64,000 nt of DNA from an uncultured Chloroflexia bacterium (GCA_963707215.1 CAVPPB010000003.1:1248001-1312000); one strand, 5' to 3'; positions 1 to 10,399 are shown, counted from the first letter of the stretch. Program-made: numbers and translations. Notes: generated by a model not told the origin, from the letters alone.

Positions 1-92
1 GCTCAGCATGCGCTGCGCGAGACGCTGGTGACGACCGGCTGAGGGTCCTGTCCCGGGTGGACGGTTCCACTCCCGGCGACTACCGTTGACCC

Positions 93-1043
93 GTGGCCGC
101 CCCCGAGCGGGCCTCGGCGCTCAGCGTCGGCGTCCTCGCTTCCCTCGTCTACTGCGGAGCCGCGTTCGGCGGCGCCTTCCTGTTCATGCGCCTGGCCGCG
201 CCAGAGCTGCCGGCTCTCGTCGTCGCGTTCGCACGGGTGGCCATCGCGGCCCTGCTCCTGGCGCCGTTCGTGGGCCGCTCGGGCTTCCTGGCGATCCGCT
301 CGGAGTGGCGCCACTACGTCATCGTGGGCTTCTTCATGGCCGCGGCGCCCTTCGCCCTGTTCGCCTTCGCCGAGCGCTCGATCACCGCCGGGCTCGGCTC
401 GATCATCAACGCGACGACCCCGCTGTGGACCGCGATCATCCTGGCCGTCTGGCTGCGCAACGCCCCGACGGTCCGGCGTGTCGCCGCCATCCTTGTCGGG
501 TTCGCAGGGGTCGGGGTCATCGTAGGGCTCGAGGGCCTCCAGCTCGCCCCCGATGCCTACGTCGGCGTCATCGCGGCGACGGCCGGCGCAGCCTCGTATG
601 GCCTCGCCCTGACGTACATCCGTCGCCGGATGGGTCCACAGCCACCGATCCGGTTGGCCGCCGGGCAGCTGATGGCCGCGACCGTCATGCTGCTGCCCCT
701 GGCCGCGCTCTCGACGCCCGAGATCACGATCACCGGCGAGGCCGTCGTCGCGATCATCGGCATCGCCGTCCTCTCGACGGCCATCGCCTGGCCGATCCTC
801 TTCCGCCTCAATCGCGAGGTCGGGCCGATGGCCACGAGCACCGTGACCTTCCTCAACCCGGTCTTCGGGTCGCTGTGGGGCGCGATGTTCCTGGCCGAGG
901 TGATCTCCCCGACCTTCCTCGCCGGGTCGCTGCTCGTCTTCGTGTCGCTCGGCCTCATCCTCGACGTCCGGCCTGTCGCGGCGCTGCGAAGCCTCCTGGG
1001 CTCGGGCCGGCAAGCCGCCGTCCTGGCCGAGGTCGAGGACTAG
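93..1043 (+). CDS. DMT/EamA family transporter
   Basis: 316 aa, about 10 hydrophobic segments, EamA-like motifs (AFARVAIAALLL, INATTPLWT, TVTFLNPVF). Confidence 0.9.
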   Translation: MAAPERASALSVGVLASLVYCGAAFGGAFLFMRLAAPELPALVVAFARVAIAALLLAPFVGRSGFLAIRSEWRHYVIVGFFMAAAPFALFAFAERSITAGLGSIINATTPLWTAIILAVWLRNAPTVRRVAAILVGFAGVGVIVGLEGLQLAPDAYVGVIAATAGAASYGLALTYIRRRMGPQPPIRLAAGQLMAATVMLLPLAALSTPEITITGEAVVAIIGIAVLSTAIAWPILFRLNREVGPMATSTVTFLNPVFGSLWGAMFLAEVISPTFLAGSLLVFVSLGLILDVRPVAALRSLLGSGRQAAVLAEVED

Positions 1044-1428
1044 TCGGGGGCGGCCCCGGGTACCGGACCTCGGGGCATGTCAGGACCGGGTCCGACCTCG
1101 CGGAGCGCGGAGGTCAGGACGGCCACGAATCGCTCCCTGGACGTCGCCAGCACGACCTCGACAGTCGGCGGATCTCCGTCGCCCCGTCCGGGTCGAGGGC
1201 GATCGCCATCGCGATCGGGTCCGGCAGGTCGAACCCTCAGGGGAGCCGCCCGGGCCAACATCGGTGATCACCCACACCTTGGCATGCCGCGGCATACTGT
1301 TCGGGCCGGGCCTGTGCCCGGCCGCAAGCCCGCGACCGAGGAATCCCCGCTGGGGATTCCGCCAGCCGCGGCTGGCCCCGGTCCAGGGCAGGGCGCGACC
1401 CGGTGAGCAGATGCGGAGGGAGCCGCCG

Positions 1429-2298
1429 ATGTACTACCGTCGACCGACGACCCTCGAGGAGGCGCTGTCGGACCTCGCCAGCGAGGATGGCGCTACCGTC
1501 ATCGCCGGCGGGACCGACCTCATGGTCGACATCAAGTTCCGGGAATTCCGGCCGACCGGCCTCCTGAACGTCAACGCGCTCGAAGCCCTCCGCTACGTCC
1601 GCGAGGGCTCCGACGGCCTTCGGATCGGGGCGCTCACCAGCGTGGAGGCGCTGGCGCGGGACCGCTTGCTGGCCCATCGCTACACCGCGATCACCGACGC
1701 CGCCCGCAAGTTCGCCTCGCTGCAGGTTCGGAACCTGGCCACGATCGGCGGCAGCCTGGGTCGGGCGACCCCCGCCGGCGACCTGCTCCCGCCGCTCCTG
1801 TGCCTGGATGCATCGGTGGCGATCGCCCGCCACGGCTCAGAGCGGTCGGTCGAGCTCAGCGAGTTCTTCCTCGGCCCCCGGAAGACGGTGCTCGCGCCCG
1901 GCGAGCTGGTGCGCGAGGTCTCCATGCCGATCCCGCCACCCGGGACCGGCAGCAGCTACGCTCGGATGAGCTACCGGGACGTCCTCGACCTGGCGATCGT
2001 GGGTGTCGCATCCCGACTCACGCTCGACGACACTGGCCGGATCAGTGACGTCCGGGTCGCGCTGGGAGCGGTGGCGCCCAGACCGATCCGGGCACCGCGG
2101 ACCGAGGCGCTGCTCGAGGGCCAGGTGCTCACCGACGAGTTGATCACCGAGGCTGGAGCGACCGCGGCCGCGGAGGCGGCGCCGATCAGCGATCAGCGGG
2201 CGTCGGCCGAGTACCGGACCCTGATGACGGGCGTCCTGGCCCGACGAAGCCTGCGCGCCGCGGCGGAAGCTGCGACCGCCGCCGGAGGTGCCTCATGA
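1429..2298 (+). CDS. Xanthine dehydrogenase family FAD-binding (medium) subunit
   Basis: IAGGTDL, QVRNLATIGGSL and ISDQRASAEYR motifs; ATG 1429 follows GGAGG. Confidence 0.92.
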   Translation: MYYRRPTTLEEALSDLASEDGATVIAGGTDLMVDIKFREFRPTGLLNVNALEALRYVREGSDGLRIGALTSVEALARDRLLAHRYTAITDAARKFASLQVRNLATIGGSLGRATPAGDLLPPLLCLDASVAIARHGSERSVELSEFFLGPRKTVLAPGELVREVSMPIPPPGTGSSYARMSYRDVLDLAIVGVASRLTLDDTGRISDVRVALGAVAPRPIRAPRTEALLEGQVLTDELITEAGATAAAEAAPISDQRASAEYRTLMTGVLARRSLRAAAEAATAAGGAS

Positions 2299-2768
2299 CC
2301 GCAGAGCTCATCCGGATGACCGTCAACGGACGCGAGCGGGAGGTCCACGTCGATCCGTGGCGGAGCCTCCTCTACGTGCTCCGCGAGGACCTCGGCCTGA
2401 CCGGGGTCAAGTACGGCTGCGAAGCCGGCGAGTGCGGCGCCTGCACGGTGCTCCTCGACGGGGAGCCGGTCGTCTCGTGCGTCGCGCTGGGCGCCGACGC
2501 GGACGGACGGACCGTCGAGACGGTCGAGGGGATCTCGGAGGGCGACCGCCTCCACCCGCTCCAGGAGGAGTTCCTCAAGCTGGGCGCGTTCCAGTGCGGC
2601 TACTGCGCACCCGGGTTCGTGATGTCGGCCAAGGCGCTCCTGGCCGAGAACCCGGACCCCACGGAAACGGAGATCCGCGAGGCCATCGCCGGCAACCTGT
2701 GCCGCTGCACGGCCTACGTCGGGATCGTGAAGGCGATCGGCGACGTCGCGTCGGCGGGGAGGGACTGA
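2295..2768 (+). CDS. Xanthine dehydrogenase family 2Fe-2S (small) subunit
   Basis: GCEAGECGACTV, QCGYC and NLCRCT motifs; ATGA overlap with the upstream gene. Confidence 0.95.
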   Translation: MTAELIRMTVNGREREVHVDPWRSLLYVLREDLGLTGVKYGCEAGECGACTVLLDGEPVVSCVALGADADGRTVETVEGISEGDRLHPLQEEFLKLGAFQCGYCAPGFVMSAKALLAENPDPTETEIREAIAGNLCRCTAYVGIVKAIGDVASAGRD

Positions 2769-2769
2769 C

Positions 2770-5163
2770 ATGCAGGGAACCCACATCCTGGGCACCGGAC
2801 CGCAGAACATCGACGGGCCCGAGAAGCTCTCGGGCCGCGCCCGCTACGCGATCGACGTCACGCTTCCGGGCATGCTCCACGCCCGGGTCCTGCGCAGTCC
2901 GCACCCGCACGCCCGGATCACCTCCATCGACACGTCCCGGGCCCTGGCGATCCCCGGCGTGCTGGCCGTCATCACCGGCGACGACCTGCCGGTCATCGAG
3001 GACTTCCCGGGCGATCGTCCGACGCTCGCCCAGGGGATCGTGCGGTACGTCGGCGATGCGGTGGCCGCGGTGGCGGCCGAGACGCCCGACCTGGCCGAGG
3101 AGGCCCTGCGGGCCATCGACGTGACCTACGATCCGCTACCGGCCATCCTCGACCCGGAGGTCGCCATGGCCGACGACGCTCTGCGGATCCACGGTCCGGT
3201 GACCGGGCCGGGCGGCGTCGACCTGCCACCGAACGTCATCCACTACTACGGCGTCGACGATGGTGACATCGAGGCGGCCTTCGCCACTGCCGACCTCGTC
3301 GTCGAGAACCGCTTCACGACCGGCATGGCCCAGTGCACGCCGATGGAGCCGCACGCCGCCGTCGCCGACGTCGACATCTATGGCAACGTCGTCGTCTGGT
3401 CGAACACCCAGACGCCATACATGGTCAAGGACCGCCTAGCGCAGCTCTTCGGCATCCCGGCCCACAAGGTCAAGGTCATCGTCCCGCCACACATCGGCGG
3501 CGGCTTCGGATGCAAGACCCGGATGAAGGCGGAGGGCGTGGCCGCTGCCCTGTCGCGAGCCGCTCGGCGGCCGGTCAAGCTCGTCTACACCCGCGAGGAG
3601 GTCTTCGCCGACACGACGGTCAAGCACCCGTTCGTGATCCACATCAAGGACGGGGTCATGAAGGACGGGACGCTGGTCGCGCGACAGATCCGTTCCGTCC
3701 TCGACGCCGGCGCCTACACCGACGGTACGGTGGGTGGGCTGGTGACCCGCAACGCGGCCTACGGCGCGGTCGGCGTCTACCGGGTGCCGAACTTCAAGCT
3801 CGACAACTACCGCGTCTACACGAACAAGCCGGTCGGCGGGGCCTTTCGCGGCTTCGGCGTGGCCCAGACCACCTGGGCCGTGGAATCCCAGATGGACATC
3901 CTGGCCGAGAAGCTGGGGATCGACCCGCTGGAGCTGCGCCTCAGGAACCTGCTCGAGGACGGCGAGCTCAACCCCGAGCACTTCAAGATGGATGCGGTCG
4001 GGTCCCGGCCGACGGTCCTCCGGGCCGCCCGGGAGATCGGCTGGGGCGAGCCCGCGGGTCCCGTCGGAGCCAACGGCTCGAATGGCTCGAACGGGTCCGG
4101 CGGAGCGTCCGACTCCGGGACCGTCGTCCGCGGCAAGGGGATCGCGATCGGCTGCAAGCACTTCTCGATCCAGACCTCGTCGGCAGTGCTCAAGGTCCAC
4201 CCGGACGAGTCGTTCGAGATCCGGAGCAGCGTCACGGACATCGGTCAGGGCTCCCGGACGATCATGGCCCAGATCGTGGCCGAGGAGTTCAAGGTCCCCC
4301 TGGACCAGGTCCGGCTCGTCCAGATCGACACGGACGTGACCCCGATCGACACGGGCCAATCGGGCAGCAGCACGACCGTCAAGGCCGGCCATGCAGTCCG
4401 CCTGGCCTGCCTCGAGGCGAAGCGCAAGCTGTTCGAACGGGCCGAGGATCTCCTCGAGGCAGCCGCCTCCGACATGGACACCGCCGGCGGCGAGATCTTC
4501 GTCCAGGGCTCACCGGAGCGCTCGATCCGGATCGGCCAGCTGTTCAAGACGATCCCGGTGAACATGCCCGGCTCGGACTACGGGCCGTTCCTGACCGACG
4601 ACGCCGAGATCACCGCCGGCGGCATGTTCTATCCGGCGAACGCGGTCGGTGCGGACGGCGGACCCATGCCGAAGGTCGGCTTCAGCTACTGCTCGCAGGC
4701 CGTCGAGGTCGAGGTGGACACCGAGACCGGCCGGATCAAGGTCGTCAAGCTGGTGAGCATCCTCGACCCCGGCAAGGCGCTGAACTCGACCCTGACCGAC
4801 GGCCAGATCGAGGGCGGTGTCGGCTTCGGGATCGGGACCGCGCTGCTGGAGGAGCTGACCTTCCGCGACGGTCGGCTGGCCAACGGCAACCTGACCGACT
4901 ATCGCATCCCGACCGCGCTCGACGTGCCCGACCTGGCCAGCCTGACGATGGGCATCGAGGAGACCGACTACGAGACTGGCCCGTACGGCGCCAAGGGGAT
5001 CGGCGAGGTCGTCGTCTGCGCCACCGCCGCCGCCATCGCCAACGCCGTCCACGATGCCACCGGGGTCCGCCTGACGGACATGCCCATGACGCCGGAGCGG
5101 GTCGCCCTGGCGATCGCTGCGCACGCCGCGAGCGGCGCCTCGGACGACCGGGCAGTCGACTAG
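2770..5163 (+). CDS. Xanthine dehydrogenase family molybdopterin-binding (large) subunit
   Basis: LRSPHPHA, IGGGFG, AFRGFG, GQIEGG and GAKGIGE motifs. Confidence 0.95.
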   Translation: MQGTHILGTGPQNIDGPEKLSGRARYAIDVTLPGMLHARVLRSPHPHARITSIDTSRALAIPGVLAVITGDDLPVIEDFPGDRPTLAQGIVRYVGDAVAAVAAETPDLAEEALRAIDVTYDPLPAILDPEVAMADDALRIHGPVTGPGGVDLPPNVIHYYGVDDGDIEAAFATADLVVENRFTTGMAQCTPMEPHAAVADVDIYGNVVVWSNTQTPYMVKDRLAQLFGIPAHKVKVIVPPHIGGGFGCKTRMKAEGVAAALSRAARRPVKLVYTREEVFADTTVKHPFVIHIKDGVMKDGTLVARQIRSVLDAGAYTDGTVGGLVTRNAAYGAVGVYRVPNFKLDNYRVYTNKPVGGAFRGFGVAQTTWAVESQMDILAEKLGIDPLELRLRNLLEDGELNPEHFKMDAVGSRPTVLRAAREIGWGEPAGPVGANGSNGSNGSGGASDSGTVVRGKGIAIGCKHFSIQTSSAVLKVHPDESFEIRSSVTDIGQGSRTIMAQIVAEEFKVPLDQVRLVQIDTDVTPIDTGQSGSSTTVKAGHAVRLACLEAKRKLFERAEDLLEAAASDMDTAGGEIFVQGSPERSIRIGQLFKTIPVNMPGSDYGPFLTDDAEITAGGMFYPANAVGADGGPMPKVGFSYCSQAVEVEVDTETGRIKVVKLVSILDPGKALNSTLTDGQIEGGVGFGIGTALLEELTFRDGRLANGNLTDYRIPTALDVPDLASLTMGIEETDYETGPYGAKGIGEVVVCATAAAIANAVHDATGVRLTDMPMTPERVALAIAAHAASGASDDRAVD

Positions 5164-5303
5164 CGAAGGACCGCCCCTCGCCCGTTTCGGCCTGACAGTG
5201 GCACCGTCGTTCATCGAGCCGCGTCGGCGGCCCACCGCGGCGGGCCGCCTCCATCGGGCCGCGCGGAGCCGGGAAGTCCATCCGTGCACGTCACGCTCGA
5301 GCC

Positions 5304-5346
5304 TGTGACCTCGCTCACAGCCCGGTCCCTCCGATCGGGCTACGGT
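5304..5346 (+). promoter_or_regulatory. CRP-type site plus -10 element (class II geometry)
   Basis: TGTGA-CCTCGC-TCACA at 5304-5319, TACGGT at 5341-5346, ATG at 5353. Confidence 0.75.
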
Positions 5347-5352
5347 GGCGGC

Positions 5353-6552
5353 ATGGCCGCGCGAAGGCTGCTCACCGGCACGCTCCTCATCGCCTTCGCC
5401 GTGGCTGCCTGCCAGCCGGCCGCGGCGGACCCCGATCCGAGCCCCTCCCCGTCAGCATCGGACGGGAGCGTCACGAAGGAGCCCCCGGACCTCGATGACC
5501 TCCGCATCGACATCGAGGGCTGGGCGACCGACTTCACCCGGGCGAGCGTCGACCTCGGTGACTTCGTCGGCGGAGGGCCACCCAAGGACGGTATCCCCTC
5601 GATCGACGAGCCGGTCCTCGAGTCGATCGAGGCGGCCCGGAGCTGGCTGGCCGACCAGGCGCCGGTCATCAGCCTCGAGGTCGGCGGCGAGGCCAGGGCG
5701 TACCCGCTCGCCATCCTGATGTGGCACGAGATCGTCAACGACACGCTCGGCGGCGTGCCGGTGGTCGTGACCTTCTGTCCGCTCTGCAACACGGCGCTGG
5801 TGTTCGAGCGGTCGCTCGACGGCACCGTGCACGACTTCGGCACGACCGGCAACCTGCGGTTCAGCGACCTGGTCATGTACGACCGCCAGACCGAGAGCTG
5901 GTGGCAGCAGGCCACCGGCGAGGCGATCGTCGGCGAGCTGACCGGGGCGAAGCTGACCTTCCTGCCGGCCCAGATCGTCTCGCTCGCCGACTTCGCCACC
6001 GCCCACCCGAACGGCGAGATCCTCAGCCGGGACACGGGCTACCGGAAGGACTACGGCCGCAACCCGTACGTCGGCTACGACGAGATCGACCGCAACCCGT
6101 TCCTCTTCACCGGCGTGATCGACGGACGTCTCGGGCCCAAGGAGCGGGTCGTGACCGTCGGTGAGGGCGACGAGGCCGTCGCCTACCCGTTTTCGGAGCT
6201 GCGCACCGTGGGCGTGGCCACCGGCTCTCTCGGGCGCGAACCGATCGTGGTGCTGTGGGAGCCCGGCACCGCGTCGGCCCTCGACTCGCCCGTCATCGAC
6301 GCTGGCGACGACATCGGCGCGACCGGGGTGTTCCGCCCGGTCGTGGACGGCCGGCCGGTGACGCTCGAGCGGGTCGGCGGCGAGGATGCCCCGATCACCG
6401 ACCGAGAGACAGGCTCCACGTGGTCCGTCTCCGGGGTCGCCACGGACGGGCCGCTCGCCGGCACCCGGCTCGAGCCGGTCGTCCACGGCAACCACTTCTG
6501 GTTCGCCTGGGCCGCCTTCGCGCCGGAGACGACGATCTGGGAGGCGCCATGA
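5353..6552 (+). CDS. DUF3179 domain lipoprotein (CxxC)
   Basis: Lipobox-like VAAC; GGPPKDGIPSID, HEIVND, TFCPLCNT, MYDRQTESWWQQ, FWFAW. Confidence 0.9.
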   Translation: MAARRLLTGTLLIAFAVAACQPAAADPDPSPSPSASDGSVTKEPPDLDDLRIDIEGWATDFTRASVDLGDFVGGGPPKDGIPSIDEPVLESIEAARSWLADQAPVISLEVGGEARAYPLAILMWHEIVNDTLGGVPVVVTFCPLCNTALVFERSLDGTVHDFGTTGNLRFSDLVMYDRQTESWWQQATGEAIVGELTGAKLTFLPAQIVSLADFATAHPNGEILSRDTGYRKDYGRNPYVGYDEIDRNPFLFTGVIDGRLGPKERVVTVGEGDEAVAYPFSELRTVGVATGSLGREPIVVLWEPGTASALDSPVIDAGDDIGATGVFRPVVDGRPVTLERVGGEDAPITDRETGSTWSVSGVATDGPLAGTRLEPVVHGNHFWFAWAAFAPETTIWEAP

Positions 6553-7133
6553 GCGCCACGGTCCGGGCCCGGCACGGCACGCGATCCGATCACCGCCGCA
6601 CCGGCCGTGCCCGGGTCCTCTCGACCCTTGCCGCGTTCGCCCTGGTCCTGGCCGCCTGCACAGAGGGCGTCGGCGTCGCCAACGCGGATGCCGACCCGAC
6701 CTGGCGAACCTCCGCCCTGGTGGATGTCCGGACCGGCGAGCCGTTCAGCATCGACGGTCTCCAGGGCCGGCTGGTCGCGATCGAGCCGATGGCCATCTGG
6801 TGCACCACCTGCCGGATCCAGCAGCAGGAGGCCGCCACGGCTCTGGCCGCCATCGCGTCCGACGACCTCGTCTACGTCGGACTCGACGTCGACCCCAACG
6901 AGCCGGCCGACGCCCTGGCCGAGTATGCCGACGTCCAGGGCTTCGATTGGCCCTTCGCAGTGGCCTCGCCGCAGGTCTCCCGCTCCCTCGCCGCGACCTT
7001 CGGCGACCAGGTCCTCTCGCCGCCGTCGACGCCACTCATCCTGGTCGGCCCAGACGGCGAGCTGATCGACGTCCACTTCGGGATCCGCGACTCGAACGCG
7101 CTCGAGGCGTTCCTGCGCCAGCACCTGCCCTGA
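6549..7133 (+). CDS. TlpA/thioredoxin-like lipoprotein
   Basis: LAAC lipobox and WCTTC motif; ATGA overlap with the DUF3179 gene. Confidence 0.8.
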   Translation: MSATVRARHGTRSDHRRTGRARVLSTLAAFALVLAACTEGVGVANADADPTWRTSALVDVRTGEPFSIDGLQGRLVAIEPMAIWCTTCRIQQQEAATALAAIASDDLVYVGLDVDPNEPADALAEYADVQGFDWPFAVASPQVSRSLAATFGDQVLSPPSTPLILVGPDGELIDVHFGIRDSNALEAFLRQHLP

Positions 7134-7168
7134 TCGAGGATCGACCGCGGCAGCCGGTACGTGGCGGA

Positions 7169-7771
7169 TCAGGCGACCTCGGTCCCGGCCAGCAGCTCGC
7201 GGGTCGAGCGTCCGTACGGCCAGAACCGGTCCCTCGCGCCGGCATCCCAGGCCTCGCGGAGCCCGGGCGCGGCGAGATCCCAGTCCGGCCGGATCGCCTG
7301 CGTCAGGCCGCGCAGGTCGCGCCGAAGATCCTCGTTCGAGGGCCGGCCCCAGTACCAGTAGCCGTCGTAGGCCGAGTGGATCCGCAGGCCCGGTCCGAGG
7401 ACGAACGTGTGCGGGATCATCGGGTCGTGGTGCGGGTCGGTGTACTCGGCGATGTCGAGGTCCTTCTGGACGACCCGGCCGGCGTCGGACAGGAACGGCC
7501 ACTCGGCACCGAGGCCGGCCCGGTTCTCGTTCGTCTCGAGGAGGTTGTCGGTCGAGATGGTGACGAGCCCGGTGTAGCCGACCTTGAGCTCCGGCCAGAG
7601 CTCGACGAGGTTGCGGTGCTGGCGCTGATCCTTGGGGCAGTAGCCGCCCCGGGACAGGACGACGATCAGCGGATCGCCACCCTGGATCTCGGAGAGCCGG
7701 CGGCGGCGGCCGGTGTGGTCCGGTAGCTCGTAATCCGGGAACGTCCCTCCAGGGACGATGTCGCTGCGCAT
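7169..7771 (-). CDS. Redoxin/peroxiredoxin-like protein
   Basis: FPDYELPDHTG, RGGYCPKD, WPFLSD and YWYWGRPS motifs. Confidence 0.85.
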   Translation of the reverse strand: MRSDIVPGGTFPDYELPDHTGRRRRLSEIQGGDPLIVVLSRGGYCPKDQRQHRNLVELWPELKVGYTGLVTISTDNLLETNENRAGLGAEWPFLSDAGRVVQKDLDIAEYTDPHHDPMIPHTFVLGPGLRIHSAYDGYWYWGRPSNEDLRRDLRGLTQAIRPDWDLAAPGLREAWDAGARDRFWPYGRSTRELLAGTEVA

Positions 7772-7802
7772 GTCGTGCTCCGCTCGCAGGGTGAGGCCGG
7801 TC

Positions 7803-8333
7803 CTACCGGGACGGCCGGAAGGCCAGTCGGTCGAGTATCAGCCCAAGGACCGCCCCGAACATGAACGTGTGCGCGACGAACTGGACGGCGACGTTCTGCG
7901 TGTCCGGGAACCACGTCCAGCCGAAGGCGGGGGCGAGGACGAAGAAGTCGACGATCCACAGGCCGAAGCCGGCGATGCTGGCGGACGCAACGGTCGAGAC
8001 CGTGGTCCGCGACAGGGCCGGGACGAGGGCGAGGACGGCTGCAACGGCGAGGCCGAACGTCATCGACAGGGCCATGTGGATGGCGATGCCGGCGGCGCCG
8101 GCGGTCAGGAGCGAGCTTGTCGGATCGAGCGCCGCCGTCCCCAGGCCCATCGCTCCGATCATCCGGAGGGGCATGAAGAACGCCTCGCTCCCCTGCAGGA
8201 TCGCCGCCATCACCATCTCGAACATGGCGAAGAGGATGCCGGCGAGGGCCCCGCCGACGAGTCCGGCGCGGATCCACGTGGTCGCGGCGGTCCTGTCGGC
8301 TGCACTCGTGCGGTCCAGTGACGTGGTCGACAT
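7803..8333 (-). CDS. Membrane protein of unknown function
   Basis: About 4 TM segments with His in helices (IHMALS, AHTFMFG); GGAG upstream of the ATG. Confidence 0.75.
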   Translation of the reverse strand: MSTTSLDRTSAADRTAATTWIRAGLVGGALAGILFAMFEMVMAAILQGSEAFFMPLRMIGAMGLGTAALDPTSSLLTAGAAGIAIHMALSMTFGLAVAAVLALVPALSRTTVSTVASASIAGFGLWIVDFFVLAPAFGWTWFPDTQNVAVQFVAHTFMFGAVLGLILDRLAFRPSR

Positions 8334-8368
8334 GGGATTCACTCCTGGTTCGGTGGCTGATGTCAGCG

Positions 8369-8411
8369 ACCGTAGCCGGGCCGGTGAGCGGCATCTGTGA
8401 CGGGGCTCACA
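8369..8411 (-). promoter_or_regulatory. CRP-type site plus -10 element
   Basis: TGTGA-CGGGGC-TCACA at 8396-8411; TACGGT on the minus strand at 8374-8369; same 21-nt gap as at 5304. Confidence 0.75.
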
Positions 8412-8644
8412 GCTGTGGGTCCTCGACCGTGGACACGTCGATCCGCCTTGACGGCGAGGAGAGCGGCGTGCTCGTCGCGGCATCGCGGCCCGGCGGCGCG
8501 GATCCGGTCGTGCCGGGGGTGATCCAGGCCACAGCGACGCCGGGGGTCGAGCGGTAGCGTGGCCGTCGGCGAGCTCGGCCGACAGGGCAGAGGCGCCGCC
8601 GGCCCACCTGACCAGGGCTGGATCCGCAGGGAGACCCCAGCCCG

Positions 8645-9454
8645 ATGGACGAGCCCGCAGGCACCGCGGCGCACCGAGGCGGCGCAGCCCTCCCGCCGGT
8701 CATCCTGCCCGTCTCGGCCGTGCCTGCCGTGACCGCCGCCTGGATGACCGAGGTCGACCGGCTCGCGGTCGAGGCGTACGGGGTGACCCTGCTCCAGATG
8801 ATGGAGCAGGCCGGCTCCCACCTCGCCGAGGTCGTCCGCGTCGAGCTCGGCGGTGATCTCAAGGGCCGAATGGTCGTCGTGGCCGTCGGGCCCGGGAACA
8901 ACGGCGGCGGCGGACTGGTCGCCGCTCGTCACCTGATGAACGGGGGCGCCTCGGTGCGGGTGATCCTCGCTCGCCCGGCGCTGCGCCTGTCCGAGGCTGG
9001 CCGCCACCAGCTCGCCACCCTCCTGGCCATGGGCACCAGTTGCTGCGTCGTGACCTACGACCTGACCGACGAGGAGCTCGAAGCTGCCCTGGCGGGAGCG
9101 GACATCGTCGTCGACGCCATCCTCGGCTACAACGCCGTCGGGGCGCCGCGAGGTGAGGAGGAGCGCCTCATCGGCTTCGTCGTCCGCGCCCGGCGACCGG
9201 TCGTGAGCCTGGACGTCCCGTCCGGCGTCGACCCGGACACCGGGGCCACGCCCGGGCTCGCGGTCCGGGCAGCGGCGACGCTGACCCTGGCGCTGCCCAA
9301 GACCGGACTCCTGAGCGAGCCGGGTCGCGCCAACACCGGCCGCCTCTACCTGGGAGACCTGGGATTGCCGGCCAGGCTCTATGCTGACCTGGACATCGCC
9401 GTCGGCCCGATCTTCGGGACGGGCCGGATCGTCACGCTGGACCGGACGACATGA
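8645..9454 (+). CDS. nnrE: NAD(P)H-hydrate epimerase (YjeF N-terminal domain)
   Basis: MMEQAG, GPGNNGGGGLVAARHL, VDAILG, SLDVPSG and TLALPK motifs. Confidence 0.88.
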   Translation: MDEPAGTAAHRGGAALPPVILPVSAVPAVTAAWMTEVDRLAVEAYGVTLLQMMEQAGSHLAEVVRVELGGDLKGRMVVVAVGPGNNGGGGLVAARHLMNGGASVRVILARPALRLSEAGRHQLATLLAMGTSCCVVTYDLTDEELEAALAGADIVVDAILGYNAVGAPRGEEERLIGFVVRARRPVVSLDVPSGVDPDTGATPGLAVRAAATLTLALPKTGLLSEPGRANTGRLYLGDLGLPARLYADLDIAVGPIFGTGRIVTLDRTT

Positions 9455-10176
9455 CCCTCACGGCGCGGGAGCGCTCGTTCGCCGAGAAGCTCGGCCTCCT
9501 ATCCGAAGTGGCCCTCTTCGCTGGCCTCTCCGAGGCGGACATGACCGCCATCGGGCACGCGACCACGATGACCCACTGCACCCGCGGCCAGGTGATCCTC
9601 TCCCCCGACGATCCGCCGGACCGGATCCACATCGTCAAGAAGGGTCGCGTCCGGGTCTACCGGATGACGCCCGACGGCAAGCAGCTGACGCTCGACATCT
9701 ACGAGAAGGGCACGATCCTGGGCGACATGAGCCTGCTCGGTCAGGACCGGCTGCCGGAGGCCTACGCCGAGGCGATCGACGAAGGCGTCATCTGCACCAT
9801 CACCCCCGACGAGCTGCACGGCCTGATCGAGCGCTACCCCGTCATCGGCGTGAACATCATCCGCCACCTCTCCGGCCGGCTCCAGGCGGCCGAGCGGGAG
9901 CTCGAGGCGATGGCCTACCAGCGGGTCGACCAGCGCCTGGCCCGCAAGCTGCTCGACCTCGGTCAGCGGTTCGGAGTGACGACCGAGCGGGGCACGCTCA
10001 TCCAGGCCCGGCTGACCCAGCAGGAGCTCGCCGAGATGATCGGCACCACCCGCGAGACCCTGGCCCACACCCTCGGCGACTTCCGCCGCCAGGGCCTGCT
10101 CGAGTCCGAGCGCCACCAGGTCGTCATCCGCGATGCCGAGCGGCTGGCCGATGTCGCCGAGGGCGGCGACGGCTGA
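9451..10176 (+). CDS. Crp/Fnr family transcriptional regulator
   Basis: cNMP-binding fold plus HTH LTQQELAEMIGTTRETLAHTL. Confidence 0.93.
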   Translation: MTLTARERSFAEKLGLLSEVALFAGLSEADMTAIGHATTMTHCTRGQVILSPDDPPDRIHIVKKGRVRVYRMTPDGKQLTLDIYEKGTILGDMSLLGQDRLPEAYAEAIDEGVICTITPDELHGLIERYPVIGVNIIRHLSGRLQAAERELEAMAYQRVDQRLARKLLDLGQRFGVTTERGTLIQARLTQQELAEMIGTTRETLAHTLGDFRRQGLLESERHQVVIRDAERLADVAEGGDG

Positions 10177-10399
10177 CGACCTGCCGTGCCGGCGTGTGTC
10201 TCAGGGCGGGGCACCGATCACCACCTGACGCGAGCCGACCCCGGCAGCCCGGCCCGGTCGATGGGCCGGCGCTCGGCCGAGCGGTCCCGACCTTCGGCTC
10301 TGGTGCTCGCGGCGCAGCACGTCCATCGTCCGACGGTGGTCGCCCGGCGACGCTGCCCCAGGCGCCGATGGCCGGGTACCCTGATCCAGGAGGTCTCGG

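Noticed and set aside
1429-5163. Aerobic CO dehydrogenase (coxMSL gene order)
   Set aside because: The large subunit has AFRGFG, not AYxCSFR or AYxGAGR, and there are no cox accessory genes.
5353-7771. Selenoproteins in the redox cluster
   Set aside because: The redox motifs are encoded with Cys; no in-frame TGA was seen.
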